Assembly (NCBI GenBank): GCA_000388065.2
Contig: KB932205.1
Source of the DNA: Fonticula alba ATCC 38817
Lineage: Eukaryota > Protista > Nucleariida
Reading direction: 5' to 3' (one strand)
Length of the DNA stretch: 62,833 nt
Made by a program: the position numbers and the translations under genes. The notes under the pieces are model-generated. The model worked only from the letters and a program-made list of their open reading frames with translations, ran no database searches and was not told the DNA's origin. Below, piece after piece: positions 12,385 to 25,089 of this stretch (positions are counted from its first letter, which is position 1; the number at the start of each line of letters is the position of its first letter).

Positions 12385-14200
12385 CGCCAGGGAGGGGTGA
12401 GCGCTTGGGTCGAAAGGGAGAGAGAGGGGGGGGGGGGAGGGGTGGGATGACGGCGCGGGGTGGAAATGTACCCTTACGGTGGTGGCCGGATCGCGCAATT
12501 TGAACGTGGGTAGGAGGCTCTCTCCTCCATGAGGGGCATGGGATGCGAGGGGGAGAGCATTGGTGGGGCCGTGGGCCAGGCCAGGTGCCACCGCAAGAGC
12601 TTGTCACAAATCATCGAGAGAGCACAAGGGTTGACAAATCAGAGTCTTGGCGGTTTCGGTTAACCCGAGTTACGGGCCCCGGGGTGTGTGGTAAACTATT
12701 CCCCGCGGCGGGGCGGCTCCCAGGGTGTTTCAGCGGGGGGGGCAGCAGGGCACAGGACTTTGATGGCGGAGGGACGCGAGGGGGCACGCACGCGTTCCGA
12801 CGAGGGGCACCACCTTGCGACACCGGTGCTTGCCGGAGGCGTGTGTGTGTGTGTGTGTAAACAATATCAAATTTTTTTGTGTGTCGTAGCCTATGTCTGG
12901 GATTGATCCATGCACGTCCCGGCGATGCAGGTGGTGGTGGTGGCAGGGTGAAAGGGGAGACTTCGCAGACGGGGATGGCCCCTCTTGTGGCGAATGTCCA
13001 CCCGTCTTCAGCACCCACAAGTGGAAAGCTACTGTGTGTCCATGATACGCATCTAGGGAGCGATGTGTGGGGCCGGGGAGGGCCACGGCGCATCGAGCAG
13101 AATAGAATAAAATAAAGGGCGAATTTGCAATCTCGGCCACCTCTCCCCGCCCGCCTGTACCCGATATGCCCCCCGAGGGAATATCGAATCAACTCTCGCA
13201 TCTCAGTGTATTTTTTTTGGCACATGGCAGGCTCTAGTATGTCTGCGCCGCAGGGGTATGGATGGATGAATGTGGCTCCGCTTCCCTCGACACAGAGTCA
13301 CCAGGATGGTTGACTGTCACTGCGGCCCGGGGGAAGCAGAGAGGGAGAGAGAGAAGCACGGGACAACGGCCGGCTCGTCGCGCCGGCCGAGAGTCGCCCC
13401 GTTCTTCCTCCTGCCCAAGGGGGAAGGCAGATCGGGTCATCCATGGCACACGGTCATCGGCGAGGGAGAGAAAAAAGGGGCACAATCCTCCCCCATCCTT
13501 GACAAGGTGGCGGGAGTGCGTTGCCCGCCACTACTCTGCTGGACATATTTCGGGCGAGGCAGGCGCATGTACAACTGTGGCCACCGGTACGGGACCAGAT
13601 GCGAGGAGGGTAGAAGGAGAAAGGGGAAAACAAAGAAAAAGGAGGCACGCTTGGGTGCACATGCGTCGGTGTGCCGGGGGGATATGACGGGGCGTCGTAA
13701 TCATCTCCGCTACATATGCTCAGCAGCATGCCGGGCAAGTGCAATGATTCCCAAGCTGGACGCGGCGGCGATGGGTCTTTCGCCAACACAAGCACGGCGC
13801 ATGCCCCGCCCCCCACGTGTAGAGGAGAAGGCAGCGCACGCACACGCGCACACGCGCACACGCGCACACAGACATGCAGGCACATGCATGTGCGCACATG
13901 CGCGCCTGGAAGGGCCGAGTCCACGCATGGTTGTCCTCCGCACGGGCGAGAGTTTGCGTGTGCTCGCACATGCGCCAGCACACACAGGAGCACACCCAGG
14001 CGGGTCTCAGGCCACGGGTACCAGAAAAGATGATGTCCTGCCCAGCGAGGCAGAGGGAGTGATTTACAAAAGGCAGATATGTATGCACACGCACACACGC
14101 GCACACACGCGCACACACAGACAAAGACACGGTGGAGGGCGCGTCAAGAGCGTGTTGCGACGGGAACGCGGGCGCAGATGCGGGCAAGTCGGCGGCCGCA

Positions 14201-17200
14201 CTAGCCAGAACGCTCGAACTCCGCCATCAGATAATCAATCTCCTCCTTCTGGTATGCGACGGCCGGCGAGGAGCCGAGGTTGGTGTCCGTGCTGGCGGAC
14301 TTGAGCGATTCGTCCAGGAGCTGCGCCACGGTCGAGCTGGAAATGGCGGTCGGAGAGGAGTTGCTCATGCGCTGAGTCCTCGAGCGAGTCTTCACCTGGA
14401 TGGGGACCAGACTGTCGAGGTTGCCACTGACCAGGAGCCCCTGGTGGCTGTAGTGCTCGATCAAATAGCGCCAAATGTGGTTCTGCCATGCGAACAGGGG
14501 AGGAAAAGAAGGAGGGAGAAGGGGGAAGGAGAAAGTCAGTGGCCGTGCCTCGCCCGCGGAAATGCCCCTCGCCCCTCCCAGCAGGCGGGGAAATGGGTAT
14601 ACACATATGTGCATGCCCCCCCCCCCCCCCCTAGATGGCATGTTGACCGTTGTCAGATGTGCGCACCCGACGCAAGAGGTTGGTGTTGCAAATGATGATG
14701 AGACCACAGCGGGCGCGGGTGATGGACACATTCAACCGGCGGGTGTCGGCCAGGAAACCCACGGTCCGTGTGCGCGTGGTCGACAGGATGATGTACTCCC
14801 GTTCGGACCCTTGGAAAGAGTCGACACTGGCCACATCCACCTTGTTGTACACCTCCTCCGGGAAGGCACCAAAGGTGGCCAGCACATAGCGAATGTGCCG
14901 GCACTGGCCGTCGTACGGGGAAATGACACCGATCTGCTCCGGCAGGATCCCCTGGTCCAGGAGCCGGTTCAGCACCAGCAACACCTGGCGCGCCTCCGAG
15001 TCATTGATGTACGACTGGCCCGAGGGGGACAGATCCTCGGTGCCATTGTCCGAGTACATCATCATCGGCTTGTCCGGATTCGGCCAGGGGAACTTGACAT
15101 CCGGGCGATTGCGCTGGAGTTCATTGACTCCGTTCGATAGGGACCCCTCATAGAAGCTGGCCGAAGGGAAGTCCGACAGGCAGGGATGCATGCGGTATTG
15201 GGTGTTCAATCGCAGGGGCTTGCTGCCATGCAGCACCAGCCGCTCGAAGAGCGACCGATTCAGCCCGGCATTCATGGTCCTGGTGCTCATGACCACCGGG
15301 CCCAGCTGGCAATGATCACCCACCAGGATGACCATCATCGGATTGTGCATCAAAGCCACCAGGATTTCGGGATCCGTGGACTGGGTGGCCTCGTCGACGA
15401 TCAGCACATCGAACTGCCGGTCGATGTTGGCAGACGAGGAGAGGGTCGCCGCCACGATTTTGGCTTCATTAACCAGGCGATGGCGCATTCGGACGATGAA
15501 TTCCCGATCGGCATTGTTGTTACGCTCATCGGTCAGGTGCGAGTTGTTGCGTCGCTGCATGATAATCTCCCTGGCCCGGGGGGACCGCTTCATGGCCTTC
15601 TCCAGGAAGGTCAGATGCTTGTTGGGGGACGTGATGAACTCGCGCGACTCGCTTTCCATCCACAGGACGTCCAGCCCGGTGGCGGCCACCTGGCCACAAA
15701 TGTTGGACACCGCCACGTTGGACGGGGCCGACAGGAGAATGCTCAGCCCTTGGGACTTGAGGAAGTACACCAAATTGGCGATGGTGGTGGTTTTACCGGT
15801 ACCCGGGGGTCCTTGAATCAGGCTGAAAGGCTGAGACACGGTACTCATCATGACCTGGCGCTGGGAGTGATTGGGCTTGTTGATGTTCGGGGCGCAGAAG
15901 TCCGCCGGCATGTTGAAGGGCCGGAAGCCGACCGGGAGCTCCCCGTCGACATCGATCCCCAGCAGGCACTTGACAATGACAGGGTCAATGGCCTTGGTGC
16001 TGGGGAATGCCTTGAGAGCCTTGAGAATACGCAGGAAGTGGATGGGATTCTCACTGAGTTTCACGGTGAAGCCGGATTCCCTCTTGAAGAGGGGCCGATG
16101 TTCGGGGGTCACCATCTGCAGAGACAGCTTGATCTTCTGGTCAAGATCTGCAGCGTGGAGGCGTGTGTGTGTGTGTGTGTGAGATAAGAAAAGAGAGGCA
16201 ATAAGAAGGAGTGTGAGCGTGTGACTGTGTGCAGGTGGATGTACGCAAGCACACCCACACACCCACCCACGCACATGCACACGGAAAAAAGCATGAGCGA
16301 GCGGCAAGCTGCCGATGAAGAGGAGGAGGAGGAGGAGGAGGGCACGAGAGACACGGCACAAGCGGTACGCACGGTGGGAAATGTGAATGATCGTGGCCGA
16401 AAGGACAAGATCACCACAATCCGGATGGGAGATGGAAAGGAAACAGCCACTCGAAACGCGGAGGTCTGCGCACAAGGGAGAGGAAGCCACATGTTCGAGT
16501 TAGAGCGGGCCGACGGACAGGCGGGACAGGGGGTGTACATGGCGGCATTGTGGCCACAGCCCCCCAGGGGTCATGGGTACGTACGACTGGCCGAGGTAAG
16601 GAAGATGTAGCTGTCTCCCTCGGGTTGGAGCGTAGCCGAGACATTGGTCTCGAACTCGGTGGCCGACAGCATGACCGAGTGGGCCTGCTCCAATTCGACT
16701 AATGGGACAAAAATGTCCCGGTAGTGCTCGGCCGACTCGAAACTGCGGGAGCCACCAGGGTCGCGAAGGCGGGCCGGGAAGGACGAGGAGAAGACAGGGC
16801 GGAGGTGAGGAGGCAGCCGGCGTGTCGATCAGGGGGAGGGGGGGGGGGGGGGGGAGGACTTCATGGCGAGGGGGGCACCTGGACGCACACTTCAGGCACT
16901 GGGGCGAGCTTTTCGTCGGAATTGAGCGAGTTGACCAGAGCAATCGACTGGCTCGAAAGGTGATCCGTGTTGAAGGAGTTGTTCAGCTGGTTCACCTGCG
17001 CCAACTTCGGCAGGGTGAGCTCCGGGCGTTCCTGCACATGCAGCGACATGTGGGAGGTCAGTTGGGGAGCTGGGCAGGTTATGGAGAGACGCATGAGGGG
17101 CACCAGGAGGGGGCTGGGAGAGGGGGGAGGGGGGCAAACGCACCGAAGGCTTGGGGCTGTTGATGAGCCACGAGCGAAAGATCGAGTCGTGCACAACCGG

Positions 17201-17773
17201 CTCCCAGCTGGTGCGGTCGAAGTTCTGATCCACCTTGTTTTGGCACCGGTATCGGCACAGGAGCTTCATGGAGGTGTGATCGGTGGACAGGACGTAGCCT
17301 ATGAGGAAGGCATTGGAGGCGCCACAGTCATAGCACTCGATCAGACAATCGCCGAGGCTATTTTCCGGGTGCAGACGGACGGTCTTGTGCTGCACGGGAT
17401 TGCGCATGCATGTTAGTCGGGCGAGGCGGAGAGGAGAGAAAGAGAGAGAGAGAGGGGAAAAAAAAGAAGAGAGGGCACAATCCAGGTGTCATGGCACCGC
17501 CCCGAGGGGGAAACGCACGCGCGACAGGACCATGTGTGAAATGATGTGGCTCGGGTGGTTGGTTGAGAGGCGCATGTTGCAGAACCAGCGCGAGCAGTCC
17601 TCGCACTTGGCCATGCACATGGGATCGTGGTTTTCACAGAATGAGCAAGCCCAAGCAGGCAGTTGTTTGGCCTCGTCCGGGGTGTCCTCTATCGTCTCGA
17701 TGGAGTGGTCGTAGTCGGCCAGCGACATCTCGTCGAAGTCGGCCGACAGGTAGTCGATGGCGGCATTGGTCAT
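14201..17773 (-). CDS. UPF1: Divergent UPF1-like SF1B RNA helicase with N-terminal CH zinc domain, multi-exon
   Basis: CSFCENHDPMCMAKCEDCSRWFCN...SHIISHM and HKTVRLHPENSLGDCLIECYDCG...LLCRYRC (CH domain); GPPGTGKT, DEATQ, GDHCQLGP, QYRMHP, SVDSFQGSE, RRLNVSITRAR; UPF1-type post-helicase LVSGNLDSL. ATG 17773, TAG 14201-14203. Whether it is the ortholog or a paralog is unresolved. Confidence 0.9.
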
Positions 17774-19026
17774 GGTTAGGGGAGCCAGGAGCGCGACCTT
17801 TCCCGGGAGGGGCCAGGGAATACAGAGCGGGAGGCAGGGAGGAGGAGGGGGGGGGGCGTGGGCAGGGCGATCGACTTCGAGGGGGCGCTGCCGGCAGGGG
17901 AGGGATGGAGGGAGGGGGGGAGGGGAAGGAAAAGGGGGGAGGGGGAGAGGTGGGGAGGGGGTGGATGCTATTCGCCGGGATCTGTGTCGCGCTCGCGAGA
18001 CTGTCTGATAAATGCGGAATAGCGTCGGTGTTTGTTGCCCGGGGCGAACCACCGGGGCGGGGGGACCGGGGCGGCCTGCTGGCGAGCAAAATTACCACAA
18101 GGGCTGGAGTGGGGATGCGTCACGGGCGTCCCGCCACGCCTTCGACCACCCGCAACGGTCAAGCGTGGTGCTGGCCGGACACGGACACGCGCGCTTGCCG
18201 GTGCGCGCGCGCGCGCGCGCGCGCATGAGGGGGCAGCGAGCAGCAGCCAGTGCACATTCCCCGGTGATCTTGTCCACGCTGGCAGGCCCGATGGCTGGGT
18301 CTGACTGCCAACCGTCGCCCCGACCAACCAACCGGCGCGGGATCCCAGTCGTTCCTGGTGCGCGCCCGTCCTCCCAAGCTCCGTCCGTCATCGTGAGTCC
18401 CTCTTGCCGCCTGGGTTCCTTTTGCTGGAGAGCGGGAGGGGGCGGGCAAAAGTGCGCCCCGCGCTGCTGCATGCTCTCTCTCTCTCTCTCTCTCCGCCTC
18501 TCGCCCTATGTCTCTCAAGAATAAATAAAAAAGCTGCAATGCTGGGGGAAAGCAGGGGGGGGGGGGGGGGAGGGCGACCCGGCGCATGCGCACGTATGCT
18601 ATACCCACGCGTGTATGGTGGTCCGCCTGTGTGCCCGGCCGCCCCCCGCACGACCCCTCGCTGAGCAGCCAGTCCCGAAAAGCAAAAGGAGGACCCCCCA
18701 CCCTGGCGTGGCTGCGGGCGCGGTTCTTGGGCCCACATTCGCGCGCCGCCCTGGCGCGTACTACGCCCGCACCTCCGGCCTTTCGGTTAATATACCCCCC
18801 CCCAAGTATCGTTCCGCCCCCTGCGCCGGCACACGACCGAAGTCTTCTGCGTTCGTGCTCCTCCTTCCGGGAGGTTGCCGGTCCCATGCCGTGGCGTAGG
18901 ATGGCATCCGTGGAAGAGATGCCAACGGAGTTGCCTCTCCAGCCGGAAGGCCCTGCCTCGTCACGGCTGGCACTAGGACACCTAGCCTGCACGAGGTATC
19001 GCCCGCACAAGGTGTTGCCTGCCCTA

Positions 19027-19083
<57 letters not shown>

Positions 19084-19613
19084 CCCCCCCCATTGTATGT
19101 CTGTCTTTTTCCTTCTTTCTATCAACCTGCCTCCCTCGCCCGCTTCCTCTCATTCCTCCTACCCTGTGACGGATGCCTGTTCTGGCCTGCGGCCACTTCC
19201 CGGCCCGTCGGCAGGAGCATGCACGTGCGCTCAGCTCCAGCCATGGCAAAGGGGCCCGGGTGAAGGCACACAGCATGCCCTGGGGGTGTGTAAGTACTGG
19301 CCCCGCAATGCGGCCTTTCATCAGACCCAGACACACGTTTGGGGAATCTCGTTTGGTGTATTAGACAGCGCGCGTGTGTCCTTTCATCGGGGCAGGTGGG
19401 CCACACGCGCACGGGCATACACGCACGCACGCACATACACACACATACACACACGGCCACATGGTGAAACATACACACGTGTCCGGGATGCTTTCGGTGG
19501 GCGGCAAAGAGAGGCACGTTGGCCGGCATGGGGCTCTCGGTTTGTCTTCCCCCCTCCCCGCTTGTGTCGTCAGAACGGCAGCACACTGTGAAGCACAGGC
19601 AGGTCGCCGGGAC

Positions 19614-20291
19614 TTAGCCCTGGGACACGCGGCGGAAAATGTCGTTGATGATGACAACCGAGCCGCCCTGCTGAGCGAGCTGGAAGGTCTCCGAGAAAAG
19701 GTGAGGCTTGTCGACCTCGCCGTCGATCTGCCGTGGGCATGCGGGACAGCAGTGAGTGGGAGAGAAGGGGGGGGGAGAAAATGACAACCGGGAGGGGGAG
19801 GAGCACGCACGGCGAACTGGCCGGTGACGAAGATAATGTGGGTACCCTCGACGGGGCCGGGCTGGGCGTCGACGGTGAAGATCTTGTGAATGATTTGAGA
19901 GAAGCCCATGCTCTGTGTGTGTGTGTATGCCGGCACGGGATGGAGGGAGGGACATGGGAGGGGTGAGGATAATTGTCAGCTGCCATACAAAACATGGGCG
20001 GCCACCAGGATGGGACGGATGGGAGGCGTACGCGGAAGCGGTTCATGATGTCGACCGGGCCGATGACGCAGTTGCCCTCGAAAGAGAAGAAGGCATTGTC
20101 GGCCTGGGGGAGAGGTGTGGGTTAGAGGCGGTCGCGAACCAAAGGGGCAGGATGCGCGCGTGCGGCCGCGCCAATGGGAGAGGCACACGCACATAGAGGC
20201 TGCCCAGGTTCTCGATGTTGTGGTCAAAAGTGGAGTAATAGTGCTGAGCAAAGGCGGCGCCGAGCTGGCTCGAGTGGGTCTGACGGTCCAT
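19614..20291 (-). CDS. NTF2: Nuclear transport factor 2, 4 exons
   Basis: LGAAFAQHYYSTFD...LGSLY | ADNAFFSFEGNCVIG | IIHKIFTVDAQP...IIFVTGQF | DGEVDKPHLFSETFQL...IINDIFR; GT-AG introns; TAA 19614-19616. Confidence 0.92.
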
Positions 20292-22194
20292 GGTTCCTGG
20301 GTGGGTGGCGAGATGCAGTGCTATGTGCAGAGAGAAAGAGAGAGAGGCGGGCGGGGACAGGTCAGCGCACTTGCGCGGAGGGGATGGAGTGGGATGGGTG
20401 GGATGGGTGGGATGGGAGGAGGGGGCAGACACAAAGGAGCGTGGCAAAGAATGGGGGGGGGGGGGGGAGGAAGTACAGAAACAATCGACGAGGTTTGGTC
20501 ACTGGAGGGAGAGGGAGGGTACCCCCCTCTCTGGCCCGATGGATGGTCGGTACAGGTGCTCTTCATCGTCTGCCTGGGAGAGACCTACCCTCCCCTGGGC
20601 CTCGCTTGGGCGGCCCCCCTGAGGAGGCGGCCCGATCTCGCGCGTCGCTCGGGTGTGTCCGGGGGGGGGGGGGGGGGGGGGCGACAAGAAGGCGTGTCTT
20701 GTTGGCCCACCGGCGGCGGCCCTTCAGGCAGGTTGCCGCGGGCGGTGTTGTCTTGCGCGGCGGCCCCTTGTTCGGCCGCCGCCGCGGGGAGGGGGGCGGA
20801 CATGGGAGGTGCACACTTTGTCGAAAAAAAAGCAAAAGAAAAAAGAGGCCCGTAGCAGGGGCCAAGGGGGGGGGGGCGTTTGGTGGGGACATCCCCGGGA
20901 ACACGTTATGTCCACGTGCTCGACGAAGACCAATATGGAATACCATTCCCGACACTGCGTTGGATGCTGCCACCCGCCTCGCCGTTGTGTGTCCGGTGTT
21001 TTATTCCTCTCCGGCGCGGGCGCGGGCGCGTGCGCGCGGGTGCTCTTTGTCCATCTTCTCGCCAGTTCCGTGAGCCCTGTTTGTCTCGCCCCTGCTGCTT
21101 GGGGGGGGGGGGGGGGGGGGCATACAGCGGCGGCGGGAGTTAGGTGTCCGTGGCCCTTCGAGTCTGTTCTCGGGCCCGAGGGTGCTGCCGTGGACAGAGG
21201 GGAAGGGGGCGAGAAACACATGGGCGTTTGTTGCCTGTTCACCCGGGGCCGGGGCCGGGCGGGAGGGCATGGGGGCGCGCATGCCGTGAAGTGGGCGCGA
21301 GGCGGGTCCCCGCCTCTGGTACGTTCGATTGCATGTCCACATGCGCGTTCCTCTTCTCTAATCCGGGCTGGATGTGACGAGAGGGCGAGGCGCGACCCCC
21401 CCCCCCNNNNNNNNNNNNNNNNNNNNNNNNNNNNNNNNNNNNNNNNNNNNNNNNNNNNNNNNNNNNNNNNNNNNNNCCCCCTGCCCCCCCTGCCCCGCCC
21501 CCACTTCCGCGGCGCCCTCCGGGGCGGGGAACAGGGAGAATGTGTGCGTGCGAAGAGAAACACCGAAAGCCCGAGCAAGAGGGAGGCCGGGAGAGAGAGA
21601 GAGGGAGGGCAAGGCGGGGGCAGTTGCGATGCGCGAGGGCGGCCCGGCAAAAATGAGACCCCGGCCAGGGCCCCTCCGCAGGCGGGCCCAGCAAAGAGTT
21701 GTTTGGATCGTTCTTTTTGTCCTCTCCCCTCTCTACTGTACTTCCACCTCCCTCCCCCCTCCCCCTCTTCCTCTTCCTCTCTCTTTCTCCCCACCGGTTG
21801 CCGGTGTCGCCGCCCCTCCCCCCCCCCCTGAGCCCATCGCGTCCGCTGTCCCTGTTGCCTTCATTGCTCGCTGTTGTCCGCCAGCGCCATTGCCTGCTGC
21901 CGCCGCCGCCTGACGGCTCTGTGCCCTCCTCACGCGCGTGTGCGTCATGCGGGCGAAAGCGCTTGTGGCGCCTGGCGCTGGCGCCAGACGCCCTTCTCTC
22001 TGCTGGGTCACGCATGTGCAGGATGGCCGGATTCATCCTCAACTCCTCGGAGTGTCTCTCTCCCTCTCTCCCTGGAGAAGCACACACACATACCCTCCTT
22101 GCTGTCCTCTCCCGTCCCCCTCTCTTCGCCCCCCATGAGCTTACTCACGCTGTCTCTTTCCTCCCTCCTGCCCCCTAGCCACATCCCTGTCACA

Positions 22195-22626
22195 ATGATC
22201 GGCTGGCGCGCTGCTGGTTTCAAGTACGCCCTTCCTCCCCATCACTGTCTCTCTCTCTCTCTCTTTCCCCTCGCTCGCTCGCTCGCCCGCCCATGTTCCC
22301 TCCCCCGTTAACCGTGTTCCGCCCCCCCCCCCCTCTCCCCCACAGCTACGCTCAGTACTCTCAGCTCTGCGCTCGCGCGCTGCGCTCCGTTCTCAAGGAG
22401 AGCCACGCTGCCAACGTCGCTCGCCGCGAGGCCACCACCCTCCGTGTCTCTACCTGGGAGAACGGCGTCGCCAGCCCCCCCAGTACGTGTTCCTCGCATG
22501 TCGCGCGCGTCCCCCTGCTGCGGACACACTCGCCCTACCTCTGCCGCCCCTCGCACGTGCCTTTGCTGACACGCCCGTCCCCCGTCTCCTCCAACAGAGT
22601 ACGTCGTTAAGCCCGCCGCCAAGTAA
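22195..22626 (+). CDS. ATP15: Mitochondrial F1 ATP synthase epsilon subunit, 64 aa, 3 exons
   Basis: Exons 22195-22223, 22346-22482 and 22598-22626 splice in frame to MIGWRAAGFNYAQYSQLCARALRSVLKESHAANVARREATTLRVSTWENGVASPPKYVVKPAAK, matching the WRxAGxxYxxY...R..LK epsilon signature. Confidence 0.92.
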
Positions 22627-23466
22627 GTGATGTGCTCCCTTCACCCTTGTGGCCTGCCTCCCCCTGCCGCGCCCCTCCCGCAATAGAGAGTCTGTGCACG
22701 TGTGGGGGGTGGCTGCACACCTGCACCCACATACACACACACACACACACACACGCGCGCGTGCGCGGAGCAGGCGGAAGGAGATCGAACATAAGAGACA
22801 AAATATCCCCCCCCCCCCCGGAAGAGGGAGAGAGGAACCAATTTCACATCTGTTCTTTCTCCCCCGCGTCCCCCCCCCCCACCCTCTTACCTTCCGGCCT
22901 CTGCCCCGCCGCGTAGTACTCCCCCTGAATATAATCCCTCTCTCCCCGTTGTGATCTGCCCTTGGCATCAGCGTTTCCCCCCCTGTCCCTTCGATCGCTT
23001 GGCGAGGGTGGGCACATGCCGCGCCACATCACGTCGCCTTTTTTTCCTTTTCTTTTGCAGAGGTTTATATTGAAGGGCAATTAAAGAGAGGGGGAGGGGA
23101 GGGGGAGAGAGGACACGCTGCAAGGGGCGCGCGGCGGACAAGGGCTGGTCTTCGTGCGTTTAAAAAAGGGGGGGGGGCTGCTCTGCGCACGCGCGCCCAC
23201 CGCCGCCGTCGCGGGGTCGCGCGCACATGGCGGGAGTCTAGAAGGCGGGGGGAGGAGGGGGTCATGGTGGCGGCGAGCACCTCCCTCCGACCCGCGCGGC
23301 GGCGGTGGATGCGTGTATGCAGACACACGGAGGAAGTTGACGGGCGGGGGAGGGAAAGATAGGTGTTTGTGTGTGTGTGTGTGTTGTGTCGGGAGGGGGT
23401 GTAGAGAGGGAGGAGGACAGAGAGAGGGGAGGGAGGGGGGAGGGGGCATGTGCCAGAGCAATACCC

Positions 23467-23721
23467 TTAGGAGATGGGGAGGGAGTCGCTGGCCGGGGTG
23501 CGAGCGGGGGCCCACTCCTCGATGGAGGCATCAGGGCCAAGCTCCAGCTGCAGGGGGTTCTGGACCTGCTCCAGGAAGTGCGCGCGCAGGGCGTTCTTCG
23601 CGGCGACGATCTGGGCCACGTCAATGCTCCGGGCGTTGCCGATACCGAGCAGGCGCTTGCCGCTGAAGGCACCCACCATGAACATCGAGCGGTGCGACGC
23701 GCGGCCGGACTCACGGATGAT

Positions 23722-23754
<33 letters not shown>

Positions 23755-25089
23755 CGGGCGTGCAGCGGGGGGAGGGGGGTCAGTGTCCGGGTGGGTGCTT
23801 GCGTACGCGCAGGTGTGCCCGCGTGGATGTACGTACTGGTAGGTGGGAGTCTCGAGCTCATACTTCTTGCAGAAGGCCTCCAGGACCAGGCGCGGGTTGC
23901 GGATGGAGATGCCGGCACCGATGTCGGTCACGCGGGAGAGAATGAACTTGTTGGCGAAGTTGCGCACGCCCTGGTGGCCCTGCTCGTGGTAGATGGCCCC
24001 GGCGATGGCGTGGAAGCTGCGGCCAATGACGTTGGCGTCACCGCGGCGACGGTCCTTCGAGACGGGCTCCGGCTCGGCCGGGGCGACGAAGTCGCTGCCA
24101 TTGGCCGACAGGCGCTGGTGCTCGTCGATGATCAGGGCGTAGGTATCGTTCTGCGTGCGTGCGCGCGTGCATGCGTGCGTGCGTGGAGGTGAGAGGTGAG
24201 CGGGGGCGCGATACAGAGAGCAGACATAGCCAAGGAGGCAGGCCGGGAGGGCACACGTACGGCCGGCTTCCAGAGGAGCAGCTGGTCCAGACCGAGGCTC
24301 TTGCCCAGGTGGTAGAGGGACTCGTTGCTGAGGTGGGTGTCGACCAGGTTGGAGATGGCATGGGTCGGCAGGTTGGGGTAGGTGACGTAGATGTGCTCGG
24401 TGACGATGGCGTGGAGCAGGGAGTAGCCCAGGTACGACAGGCGGTCGTTGTAGTTGCCGCGGCCGGGAGAGAAAGAGGGATGGATCAGAGCCTGGTGCAG
24501 GGTCTTCTTGTCGGAGAAGTCCACGCCAATACGCGCGGCGAAGGCCGCGGCGCGGGCCTCAAAGAACTCCGGGATCTGGGCGGCTGTACATGGGTGGGAA
24601 TGCGGAGGGGGCGGCAGTGGGAAGAGTTAGCCGGGGGGCGAGACCACTTGGAGGGGGGGGGGGAGGTGTGTGTGTGTGTGTGTGTGTGCGTGTGTGTGTG
24701 TGCGCGCGCATGTACGTACTGAAGCGGGGGCCATCGAACTCGAGGTGGCTGATGGAGGGCAGCTCAGTGTTGTTGGCGGAGTAGTGGGCCCGGGGCATGG
24801 CAGCAGCCACGGCCGTCTGGCGAGAGAGCTGGGCAGCCGAGGCGCCAAGGGCTGGTTGGGGAAGCGGCGAGGTACGGAGGCAGTGAGTGGCGTGGCGTGG
24901 CGTGATGACCAGAGGGAGCAGAGGGCAGGACAGGCCCGGGGGGGGGGGGGGGGCCAATTGGGGCATGGAGATGCGCGTACCGCGGGCGGAGAGGCGGACA
25001 GCACCGATCATTGTCGTCGCTTGGGGGGAGTCGAGAAGACCGGCAAGCGCGCTGGCGATGGCACGGCGCGGCAGAAGGACAGACGGCAT
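23467..25089 (-). CDS. MRPL3: Mitoribosomal protein mL44 (inactive RNase III domain plus dsRBD), multi-exon
   Basis: AFAARIGVDFSDKKTLHQALIHPSF...NDRLSYLG; SFHAIAGAIYHEQG...RNFANKFILSR; NPRLVLEAFCKK...RESGRASHRSMFMVGAFSGKRLLGIG...AAKNAL; mitochondrial-type presequence. Start codon tentative. Confidence 0.88.

Noticed and set aside
23467-25089. Active RNase III/Dicer-like nuclease
   Set aside because: The signature ERLEFLGD is degenerate (DRLSYLGY); the architecture and presequence fit mL44
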